Assembly: GCA_965200345.1 (NCBI GenBank)
Contig: OZ241378.1
Coordinates: 5,434,314-5,498,313 of the forward strand
Direction: 5' to 3'
From: Candidatus Poribacteria bacterium
GTDB lineage: Bacteria > Poribacteria > WGA-4E > WGA-3G
Length of the DNA stretch: 64,000 nt
Shown here: piece after piece, positions 1 to 7,413 of the stretch
Layout: the number at the start of each line of letters is the position of its first letter
How positions within the stretch are numbered: the first letter of the stretch is position 1
The notes under the pieces: model-generated
The model's database searches: none
What the model was told of the DNA's origin: nothing
What the model saw: only the letters and a program-made list of their open reading frames with translations
Program-made: the position numbers and the translations under genes

Positions 1-391
1 CCGCGGCGGCATCTATATCTGCTGTTGTGAGTGCCATGTTTGCGCGCGGTACAACGATAATACTGTTGTCGCCATCCGGTTCAATCACGATTGTTGCTAC
101 ACCTGTGCCGATGTCTGTACGTCTTGTGACAAACCTACTGTTAATATGTTCGTTTTCTGCTGCGGCGAGGAGCATCTCTCCGAAAGGATCAGCACCGACA
201 CTTCCAACAAGCGTAACTTCGGCACCTAACCGTGCAGCGGCAGTTGCCTGATTGAATCCTTTCCCGCCTGTGAAAATATCGAAGGCATCGCCGATGAGCG
301 TTTCGCCTTTATCGGGTCTCCGAGATGCGTGGCAGACCAGATCGATGTTCAGGCTGCCGACGACAGTAACTTTCGGTGTTGCGCGGTTCAT
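1..391 (-). CDS. rbsK: Ribokinase / PfkB-family sugar kinase, N-terminal part (3' end outside window)
   Basis: Own reverse translation from ATG 389-391: MNRATPKVTVVGSLNIDLVCHASRRPDKGETLIGDAFDIFTGGKGFNQATAAARLGAEVTLVGSVGADPFGE... GSxNxD and GGKGxNQA are the PfkB/ribokinase N-terminal signatures. Missing from the ORF track because the window edge cuts it. Confidence 0.7.
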   Translation of the reverse strand, partial: MNRATPKVTVVGSLNIDLVCHASRRPDKGETLIGDAFDIFTGGKGFNQATAAARLGAEVTLVGSVGADPFGEMLLAAAENEHINSRFVTRRTDIGTGVATIVIEPDGDNSIIVVPRANMALTTADIDAAA

Positions 392-427
392 TACCACTTA
401 TTCCTGTTCTTTTAACGATTTTTGACA

Positions 428-457
428 ATTATAGTTGACATGCAATGCTATTGTCAA
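428..457 (-). promoter_or_regulatory. Candidate sigma70-type promoter of the ribokinase gene
   Basis: Minus strand reads TTGACA (457-452), 18 nt, TATAAT (433-428), about 35 nt upstream of the ATG. The -35 hexamer is one arm of an inverted repeat, TTGACA (435-440) / TGTCAA (452-457). Confidence 0.4.
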
Positions 458-671
458 GGGATTATGGGAATTGGCGGTTAGATCCGTGCGTTGAAATCTG
501 AACTGTGATTTCTGTGATTGGTATGATTTTCGATGAGAAGCGGAAACGTTTCTTTGTATGGGCTACAGAAATGTTGCTTAGCTAACGGGTGGGGTCCCGG
601 TTAGGGAACCTTGCCAGCGAAAGGGGTTGCGTAAGTTTTGTTGATGATGGGGTATCTGCTTCGGACCAGCA

Positions 672-935
672 TCACCGACGCTGAGGGAAACCACAATCTC
701 TGCCGAGTGGCAGCCATCGGTGCATGTCGCGTTCTGGGAGGTGTCCGTGTTCTGAAATCAGGGAAGCTTGGTAGTAGTAGAAGTAGCTATCTGTCTCGGT
801 GAACTGTCCAACGGGGAGGCGTTCGATCCCTTGAATACGTATCCAGAAAGCAAGAAGTAGAAGGCTGCTTAAACCTAAAAGAAGGTAGATATTGCTTTGA
901 AGTTCTGATTTCTCAAAACTTTGGTTCAAATCCAT
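672..935 (-). pseudogene. Truncated copy of the STT3-like gene (first 80 codons) fused to the last codons of a PilP/GspC-like gene copy
   Basis: 71 of the first 80 residues are identical to the N-terminus of ORF 3965..5998 (my count). From about 695 leftward the DNA instead matches the 3' end and downstream region of ORF 3406..3918: cttcggaccagcatcaccgacgctgagggaaac versus ctttggaccagcgtcaccgacgctggaggaaac at 3393-3425. The C-terminus is ..FPQRR* versus ..FLQRR*. Confidence 0.75.
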
Positions 936-1196
936 ACTCGCGAAGTTTCTCTATATATTGCTTTACTCTCTGTTCGTCAGTGGTTCCTAGTACCTCTTGT
1001 TCCATCTGACTGAGGAGTGCCTCCATTTGCTCAGAGTAGCCTTGAGCTGTTCCTTCAGTCCTTGCCTTTTCAAAGAATGCGGACTGGATGAATTCCTTAG
1101 CAGCTGGCAACTGGCTCCGGTATTCTTCAAATTGACCCCTCCCAAACCTAAAGGATTGGGATTCCTTTGACGGAACTCCCAAGTGGTTCTTTTAGG

Positions 1197-1445
1197 TTAT
1201 ACCACGACGTCCATTTGACGTTCTGCGATACTGGCTTCTCTGACTCCCTTCAGCGTCGCAATCGTCCAGACGTTATCCTTGGGAGCTTGTTCGGGTTTAA
1301 TCCGAACCGACACGAGTGTAATCTCGCGGTGCGGGTCATCTGGCACACTACGGAAAATCACTTGAACCTTCGTGACCGACCGATACTTCTGGCAAGTATT
1401 TCTTGCTTCAGAACTTGAAATCTCAACAAAATCTGAACCTCGCAA
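1197..1445 (-). CDS. Hypothetical small ORF carried by the element (may be non-coding)
   Basis: Open frame of about 100 codons on the minus strand with no in-frame ATG (TTG at 1445). Identical in copy 2 (42469..42717). No catalytic motif recognised. The overlapping plus-strand ORF 1167..1418 looks like its antisense shadow. Confidence 0.3.
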   Translation of the reverse strand: MRGSDFVEISSSEARNTCQKYRSVTKVQVIFRSVPDDPHREITLVSVRIKPEQAPKDNVWTIATLKGVREASIAERQMDVVV

Positions 1446-1599
1446 GGTTTCAGGAATATCGTATCTTTCAACGTATTCGGATTTTGTGATGTTCGTTTTT
1501 AATGGATATTAGCCATAGTCATTCTGTCCTTGTAAGAGGGTGATTGAGACCAGTAGCAAGGTAGCTACTGCTTACACGTCTCAATCAATGACTATGTTA

Positions 1600-1628
1600 A
1601 TTATACTACATTTTTGACGAAATGTCAA
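1600..1628 (-). promoter_or_regulatory. Consensus sigma70 promoter inside the element
   Basis: Minus strand reads TTGACA (1628-1623), 17 nt, TATAAT (1605-1600). A long interrupted hairpin follows at 1541-1587. The same sequence is at 42872-42900 in copy 2. Confidence 0.5.
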
Positions 1629-2431
1629 CTCTTTTTTTAACTATAGCCCCATGGTCTAATTCAATAGGGCGGTTCTGTATCCCAAAGCTAAAGCATTGGG
1701 TTTTAGAACCGAAAACGTAGATAAGCCTGTTGTTCCTCAGCCGAGAGCGCATTGAGTTTATCTGCCACTTTATAATATCTCTGTTCGTAATTCCTCTTAA
1801 GTGTATTATGTTTCTCTACTATGCGTGCTAGTGAATTTTGTGTCTCACGCATCGAATCCTCGAGCCTGCGTATTTCAGTCTGAATTTCCTCCTTTTTCTG
1901 TTCGGTTTCTTCTTTTGATGATACTTCATCGTTTTGCTGGAATGTCTTCAAGTCGGAATCTTGTTGACCGAATTCTCCAGATGTGGTACTTGGATCTGAA
2001 GGTGAGATTGACACAGATTTTGGGGAGGGATACGTATCCGCCGTTTCTGTGCCTTTCTGAAAATTTGAATTACTAGGCGTGTCCCTTGAAGGCAAGGCTG
2101 AGGTATTACTAGGAGCATCCTCTTTGACAGGCTCCGTGACACGGTATATCTTAACGGGGTCCTCGTTTTTCCGCATTCCGTCACAACCAAAGTAACATAT
2201 CATGCCACTTATGATTGTAAAAAATAAAAATCTGGAACTAAGAGATAAAAATTTCCGCCATTTCTGTAACATGTTTTCCTTCTTTGTTTTGATGTGCGAA
2301 TTTGAGACGAACGTCCTTCTTTAGAAAAGAGAGACGTTCATCTAAAACAGATTAGAATACTAAGCACTGCAAGGATCGCGACAGTGTATAGGAAGTAGGT
2401 ATCTTTCATGCAATATCCCCCAAGGGGTGCC

Positions 2432-3169
2432 TTAATCGGGAAGTTGAACCCCATGTGTGCGGAGTAATTCTGACATCCGATTCTGTAATTTTTCGGCTTC
2501 CTCTGGGGACTCCGTCTCCGTGGATACTGTTGATAGTAAAAGCGCAGAAAATTCGCGTTGTGTTTCGGTAGGTAGTCCCTTCAACTGTTCCACGATGCGG
2601 GGCATTACCGTGTCGAAATAAATGTCTGTTTGACGACGTAGTTCTTCTTCCGGCATGCCATCTTCCAAGTCTAGCAAAAAATTATCCAGAAATTCTGTGG
2701 CGATACTCTGTCTAGCGAGTGCCCCAGGTATCATTTTTAGGAACCTTTCATTTTCTGCTACTATTCTCTCATACTCTTCTTGCCTTTTGAGTTTTCTCAA
2801 ACGTTCCTGCTCGTCTTGTTCGGAGGACATCTGTTGCGTTTCATCAGGTAAGTTGAGCGAATCACCATTTTCAACACCGGTAGCCGTTTTCTCTGAAGTT
2901 TTGTGGGATGATGCACCATCTGCTTCAACGAAAACGTCCCGATTGGTATCCAGATGAGTACCAGTAGGTGTTGCTGTCTCACCTTTTTCCGCTACCCCGG
3001 TGGCAGTTTTTTGGGTGGGTTGTACAGGTTTATATACTCGGATGGGATCGGCATTTAACCGAGGGCGGACATAGCCAAAGTACCATGTAGCAGCACCTAA
3101 GACAATAAAACATAGTCCGCCAATAATAGGAAAAGTCCACTTCTTTTGGGGTTTTTCTATCTTTAGCAT
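2432..3169 (-). CDS. Single-pass membrane protein with acidic/coiled-coil C-terminal region (divergent paralog of 5976..6734)
   Basis: Start moved to ATG 3169 (MLKIEKPQKKWTFPIIGGLCFIVLGAATWYF...), preceded by GGTGGAG. Shares the post-TM motif DPIRVYKPVQP with DPVKIYRVTEP in the paralogs. The track's upstream extension is a duplicated uORF/promoter region. Confidence 0.6.
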   Translation of the reverse strand: MLKIEKPQKKWTFPIIGGLCFIVLGAATWYFGYVRPRLNADPIRVYKPVQPTQKTATGVAEKGETATPTGTHLDTNRDVFVEADGASSHKTSEKTATGVENGDSLNLPDETQQMSSEQDEQERLRKLKRQEEYERIVAENERFLKMIPGALARQSIATEFLDNFLLDLEDGMPEEELRRQTDIYFDTVMPRIVEQLKGLPTETQREFSALLLSTVSTETESPEEAEKLQNRMSELLRTHGVQLPD

Positions 3170-3210
3170 ACTCCACCTCTTTGATCTATCTTCGGTAACG
3201 CAATGGGCCT

Positions 3211-3320
3211 GATGTCCCAAGTTAGTGTGTTCGTCATTGAATTTTCCTATTATATTGAGTTTAGCAATTGATATCAAGAAAAAATCGTTTTTGATATCAG
3301 GATACAGTTTCTAACCAAAC
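3211..3320 (-). promoter_or_regulatory. 110-bp duplicated promoter/operator block, copy A
   Basis: Differs at only 4 positions from 7203-7312. Minus strand has TTGATA (3277-3272), 17 nt, TATAAT (3254-3249). Two palindromic boxes, TTGATATCAA (3268-3277) and TTGATATCAG (3291-3300), are 23 bp apart centre to centre. Confidence 0.5.
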
Positions 3321-3405
3321 GATTCTTTGGCCGGCTGCTATTAACCGGTGGTGATCCTGATTGGAAATCTCGCCAGCAAAAGGGGATATTCGCTTTGGAC
3401 CAGCG

Positions 3406-3918
3406 TCACCGACGCTGGAGGAAACTGCTCTTGAGTGTGAGCTGCCTCCGCTGTCCGTTCTTTTTCAGCGTGACGTGCTTGGTTTGGATGTCGGTGACGT
3501 GGGTCTCGGTGTCAAGTGTATCACCGGTAGTGACGGTGTATGTCTGATTTCGGACGATGTTTTGGATGATGGCTTTCGGAGGGATCTTTGTGTCTGTGGG
3601 GATGATGGTTCCAAGCAAGCGATAGGGTTCTTGTGGACGTGGTGGTGTCCAACCCAACGGACGGAAGAGATTGTGGTCAATGATGGTGCGGTAGAAATCG
3701 GAGTTCTGGAAGTGCTTTAATTCCACGTCTTCGGTTGGAAAAGTGGAAGATTGGAAGTGGGCACGCGGTGGGGTTGTGCTGACTGTCGGGTGCGTTTGTT
3801 TTTTGATAGTTATCGTTGTATTTTTGGGGTGCGTGTACATGGCGGTGTAGAGTAAAAAGAGTATCGCGAGGGCGAGACTGGCGGCGAGACCGGCAGTGAT
3901 GTATTTTCGGTGTTTCAT
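3406..3918 (-). CDS. Membrane-anchored PilP / GspC-N-like protein
   Basis: N-terminal TM (ITAGLAASLALAILFLLY). Then NLFRPLGW...YRLLGTIIP....KAIIQN.....YTVTTGDTL....VTDIQTKHVTLKKNGQRRQLTL, the pattern of the PilP/GspC small beta-domain (PF-RP, L.G.., A.I, Y..GD.L, V..I....V.L..G....L). Recognised by motif memory only. Confidence 0.4.
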   Translation of the reverse strand: MKHRKYITAGLAASLALAILFLLYTAMYTHPKNTTITIKKQTHPTVSTTPPRAHFQSSTFPTEDVELKHFQNSDFYRTIIDHNLFRPLGWTPPRPQEPYRLLGTIIPTDTKIPPKAIIQNIVRNQTYTVTTGDTLDTETHVTDIQTKHVTLKKNGQRRQLTLKSSFLQRR

Positions 3919-3964
3919 GAGGTTAAGAATAAGTGACAGTGGGTGATGATGTTTGCTAACATTT

Positions 3965-5998
3965 TTATTGAAGGTGTAGAGCCTCGTCTATTTCTGGGAA
4001 GCCGGTTTCAAGGTATTTTGGATCGGTTTTGATGTCCGGTGGATAGTGAATTTCCCAGGCTTTTATTGGGGCATCGTCGAAATCTTTCTTTGGATAGACC
4101 GGTAGAAATGCGTCACTTAGATCCCGATGCAGAAAAGAACGGCTTGGGTCCTTTCCTGTGAGCATAATGTGTGTTGCGCCGTGGGTTTTTAGGTATTCTA
4201 ATACTTCGTTTTCGGAAGTGGCGTTGTGGACATGTTGGTTATAGAGAAGTATCCAGTTTTGGAGATAGGTGTCTTGGTCGATGATAGTTTTGACACCGCC
4301 AAGTACGTTGAGTTGACTGCCATAGCCCCAATGTGCGGCAACAATGGCGGTGTTGGGGAGCGTTGTCTTCATATAGTGTAATGCATTTGTCACGTCAGTT
4401 ATCGGCGTTGCTTTCCGCATGCGGGTTGCAGCGTAAATGGCGCGCGTGGCGTGTGCACCAAGAGGCGGAAAGAATAGGATCCCTGCCAGCAATAGACTCG
4501 CGATACAGGTTTTGAGTAGTCTCTGTTGTTTGCTTTGTTTGACTTTACGGGTCAGAGCATTGGAAAAGAGGTGTATGATTTCTGCGGTAAAGAAGGCGAG
4601 CGGCACGCCGATAAAGAAGTCGTAGCGTTTGGCATCCCGCGAAAGTGCAACCCAGAAAACAAACCATGCTGTAAAGGCGACAATCGTCATCAGACGCGGT
4701 TCGTTGGATTTTTGGAGCCATGCACTGATAAGAAATCCTATTCCTGTACAGATAATAGCAATGGCAAAGAAAAAAGTGCCGTAGGATGCGTTCCAGAGAT
4801 ATGTTTCAAGCGGTTCACGGAAAAAGGTGGTAGCGATGAAAAGGACGAGCGGGACGAGCAGATAGGACTGCTCCCACTGCAGTTGGCTGGCAACGATGAG
4901 CCCGAGACTCCCGAGCATAAAGACACCGCCGTATCTGAAAACCCAATACCCGAAATGTGGGTTTCGGAGTTCTGTCATCGCGGTCATCACTGCGTTTTGG
5001 CTCAGTGGGACGGTGGTATCCGCAAAGGTGTTTTGTTGTGTCCAGACATAGCCGAGGACAAGCGTAGCACTCACAAGTATCAACCCGAATGACACGGTGC
5101 GTGCGTATGGACGTAGGCGGCCTATTTTTGAGATGAGCAGATACCGAATTGCTCGCATTGCCAAAAGGACAATAGGCGGCAGTAACACAAACGCTGCGAG
5201 GTGTTCAGCGAAGCCGTAGCCATTTCTATATGCTGGTGAGGCGAGGTAAAGTGTCGGCACAAAGCAGCACACCCACAGCGCATAAAGACCTAATCCTTCC
5301 TCTGTTTCAGATGTCAAAAACCGCCACAGCTCCACAACGATGATGACGCTCAGGAACACGCCGAAGCCTTCCCAACTGATACCACCGAGAAAGACAGTAA
5401 AGCCACTGATGAGTGTCCAAATCAGGCGTTTTCGTGGTGTTTCCGCTTTGAGCGATACGAGATAAGTGACGACAGCAAGGATACCGAGCATCAGACAGAA
5501 TGCGTCTCGGTCGCCGAAGCCTGCGGTGGAACGTTCTATACTACCGGGCAGTGTAGCCAAAAGTATACCGATAACGCTTGAAAAGAGAAGTCCATAGGTG
5601 TGGTACAGATAAAGACAAAGCACACCGAGACCGATACAGAAGCATAAGACCGGCATGTAGAGACAGACGTGGTAAAGCGTGATATTCGGGGATACCCACG
5701 CGATGGCTTTGTGGATATAAGCGAGGGCGTAGCCGTAAAGGTTTAGGGTTTGTCCTAAATCTCTACCAACAGGCAGCCATCGGTTCATATCTCGGTCTGG
5801 TAACTCTCCGTGTTTAGAAATCAGAGAAGCCTGATAGTAGTAGAAGTATCCATCTGTCTCGGTGAACTGCCCTATGGGGAGGTGTTCAATCCCTTGAATA
5901 CGTATCCAGAAAGCAAGAAGTAGAAGGCTGCCTAAACCCAAAAGAAGGTAGATATTGCTTTGAAGTTCTGATTTCTCAAAACTTTGGTTCAAATCCAT
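3965..5998 (-). CDS. STT3/PglB/AglB-like GT-C oligosaccharyltransferase-family membrane protein
   Basis: 677 aa, about 13 predicted TM segments plus a C-terminal soluble domain. First loop TETDGYFYYYQA resembles PglB ISNDGYAFAEGA. GDRDAF (DxD) resembles PglB YDTDML. AAHWGYGSQLNVLGGVKTIIDQD (4319-4333 encodes HWGYG) resembles PglB [21 protein letters not shown]. Confidence 0.55.
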   Translation of the reverse strand: MDLNQSFEKSELQSNIYLLLGLGSLLLLAFWIRIQGIEHLPIGQFTETDGYFYYYQASLISKHGELPDRDMNRWLPVGRDLGQTLNLYGYALAYIHKAIAWVSPNITLYHVCLYMPVLCFCIGLGVLCLYLYHTYGLLFSSVIGILLATLPGSIERSTAGFGDRDAFCLMLGILAVVTYLVSLKAETPRKRLIWTLISGFTVFLGGISWEGFGVFLSVIIVVELWRFLTSETEEGLGLYALWVCCFVPTLYLASPAYRNGYGFAEHLAAFVLLPPIVLLAMRAIRYLLISKIGRLRPYARTVSFGLILVSATLVLGYVWTQQNTFADTTVPLSQNAVMTAMTELRNPHFGYWVFRYGGVFMLGSLGLIVASQLQWEQSYLLVPLVLFIATTFFREPLETYLWNASYGTFFFAIAIICTGIGFLISAWLQKSNEPRLMTIVAFTAWFVFWVALSRDAKRYDFFIGVPLAFFTAEIIHLFSNALTRKVKQSKQQRLLKTCIASLLLAGILFFPPLGAHATRAIYAATRMRKATPITDVTNALHYMKTTLPNTAIVAAHWGYGSQLNVLGGVKTIIDQDTYLQNWILLYNQHVHNATSENEVLEYLKTHGATHIMLTGKDPSRSFLHRDLSDAFLPVYPKKDFDDAPIKAWEIHYPPDIKTDPKYLETGFPEIDEALHLQ

Positions 5999-6734
5999 AC
6001 TCGCGAAGTTTCTCTATATGCTGCTTTACCCTCTCCTCATCAGTGGTTTCTTGTATAGTTTCTTCAATCTGATTGAGGATTACCTCCATTTGTGCAGAGT
6101 AGCCTTGAACCTCTGCTTCAGTCCTTACCTTTTCAAAAAACGTAGAATTGAGAAATTCCTTAGCATTCACCGTTTCACGTCGGTACTCTTCAAAGTAAGC
6201 GGATTGTTCTTCAACGGAAAGAGAATTGAGTTTCTTTGCCAACGCGTATTGGCGTTGATCATCTTTCTCTATCAGTCTATTGAGACGCCCAAATAGATCG
6301 TCTCTTTGTTGTTGAGTTTCACGTATTAAAGATTGTGCCTCCTCTATTGCCTCCTCTATTTTATGTGGGCGTTCTGATTTTACTCTTGCTGATTCTTCGT
6401 AGGTTTGTTTGGACGCGTCTGTGGTGGAGGGTTGCTGCGCGAATTTGCTTAGTGTCTCAGATGGATTCGCGTTTTTGGAACCTTCATCTTCAGATAGGCT
6501 TGGCACAGGCTTTTCGGAAATATCAACCTCTGCTGTTTCTGGAATTGCCTGATGTAAGAGGGATTCGGCAGAACCAGCAGTGTCTTTTTTAGCGGGTTCC
6601 GTGACACGATATATTTTCACGGGATCCTTGCTTTTCCGCCTGCTGTCAAAACTCAGATAACAGAGCCCACTGAAGACTATCAGGCATAAAATTCCCAGAC
6701 TCAAAACTATACGCTTCCATGATTTCCCGAACAT
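5976..6734 (-). CDS. Single-pass membrane protein with low-complexity linker and coiled-coil C-terminal domain (function unknown)
   Basis: 252 aa. TM at IVLSLGILCLIVFSGLCYL, then the DPVKIYRVTEP motif, an acidic/Ser-Thr linker and a heptad-like C-terminus. Its stop overlaps the STT3-like start by 23 nt (..GFEPKF* / MDLNQSF..), which suggests translational coupling. Confidence 0.6.
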   Translation of the reverse strand: MFGKSWKRIVLSLGILCLIVFSGLCYLSFDSRRKSKDPVKIYRVTEPAKKDTAGSAESLLHQAIPETAEVDISEKPVPSLSEDEGSKNANPSETLSKFAQQPSTTDASKQTYEESARVKSERPHKIEEAIEEAQSLIRETQQQRDDLFGRLNRLIEKDDQRQYALAKKLNSLSVEEQSAYFEEYRRETVNAKEFLNSTFFEKVRTEAEVQGYSAQMEVILNQIEETIQETTDEERVKQHIEKLREYGFEPKF

Positions 6735-6842
6735 ATTTCACCTGTTTATTTTTCTGTATGAATTTGAGATGAACATTCTTCTTTAGGAAGGAGAGACGTT
6801 CATCTCAAAAAAATAAAACTTATTCACAGTCGGTAGTAAGGT

Positions 6843-7229
6843 TTAAGCGCAGCTCCCGCTGTCGCAACCTCCGCTATCTGCTTTCTTGGCTTCGAGACAG
6901 TCCACTAAATTCTGTAGCAGTTGAATAAAACTGTTTGACATTGTCTCATAAAATTCTGCGGCAGCTATAGCAGCCTCCCTTGCAGCATCTATAAGTGCTT
7001 GATCCCCTGTTTGTTCCGCTAAAGCCAATGCTCCTACTGCTGCTAGAGCGGCCAGATATGCTGCTTGCTGTATGAGGTATGCATAAGCTACTTGCTCCTT
7101 TAATTCGTCACAAGCCACAGCAACGGAGTTTGCTGTTACAAAAATTATCGCGCAAAGCACAATAAAACTTATCACGCTGAGCAGATTTGTATTGATTGAT
7201 TTGATGTCCCAAGTTAGTATATTCGTCAT
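6843..7229 (-). CDS. Small secreted/membrane Ala-rich helical protein with Cys-rich C-terminus
   Basis: 128 aa. Hydrophobic N-terminal segment LLSVISFIVLCAIIFVTANSVAVA, an Ala-rich helical core and the tail KKADSGGCDSGSCA. AGGAG lies 6 nt upstream of the ATG. First gene after the sigma factor. Confidence 0.5.
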   Translation of the reverse strand: MTNILTWDIKSINTNLLSVISFIVLCAIIFVTANSVAVACDELKEQVAYAYLIQQAAYLAALAAVGALALAEQTGDQALIDAAREAAIAAAEFYETMSNSFIQLLQNLVDCLEAKKADSGGCDSGSCA

Positions 7230-7312
7230 TGAATTCTCCTATTATATTGAGTTTAGCAATTGATATCAAGAAAAAATCGTTTTTGATATCAGGATACAGT
7301 TTCTATCCAAAC
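7203..7312 (-). promoter_or_regulatory. 110-bp duplicated promoter/operator block, copy B
   Basis: See 3211-3320. TTGATATCAA boxes at 7260-7269 and 7283-7292. The block includes the AGGAG RBS and the first 9 codons of ORF 6843..7229. Confidence 0.5.
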
Positions 7313-7413
7313 AATAGCGTTTGGGTGAACTTCGCAACTGTTGCGAAGTTCCTTAGTTAATTGCCGACACCGACTGAACAGGAGTCAATCTGTGTCAGCA
7401 TTTTAGTGAAAAG

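Larger units (their letters stand above)
1132..1720 (-). mobile_element. Non-autonomous IS200/IS605-like (PATE/MITE-type) element, copy 1
   Basis: Identical to 42404-42992. Subterminal hairpins at 1141-1160 and 1681-1700 (the latter nested in outer stem 1670-1676/1705-1711). No TIR and no TSD. Flanked on the 1721-1725 side by host CTTAT (minus strand). No transposase gene. Confidence 0.65.
913..2272 (-). pseudogene. TM/coiled-coil protein (paralog of 5976..6734) split by insertion of the 589-bp element
   Basis: ORF 1703..2272 (N-terminal part) and ORF 913..1182 (C-terminal part) align colinearly with the protein of 5976..6734. Removing 1132-1720 restores one in-frame ORF of 184 + 72 codons reading ...EEQQAY|FEEYRSQ.... 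Confidence 0.8.

Noticed and set aside
1167-1418. 83-aa plus-strand ORF in the mobile element (also 42439..42690), and the idea that the element encodes a Y1 TnpA
   Set aside because: The plus-strand frame starts at TTG and has odd composition, so it looks like the antisense of the minus-strand frame. Neither frame contains the HUH (H-hydrophobic-H) and catalytic Tyr motifs of IS200 TnpA.
1480-1520. Programmed -1 frameshift joining MTMANIH to the 100-codon frame in the element
   Set aside because: The junction CAT TAA AAA C has no canonical X XXY YYZ slippery heptamer in the right register. It is more simply explained as decay of the tnpB-like start region.
2338-2409. 23-codon hydrophobic miniORF (MKDTYFLYTVAILAVLSILICFR*) with a GGGGG RBS between two cluster genes
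   Set aside because: It is not conserved in the equivalent spacer of the other duplicated unit (6735-6842). It is too short to support without expression or conservation data.
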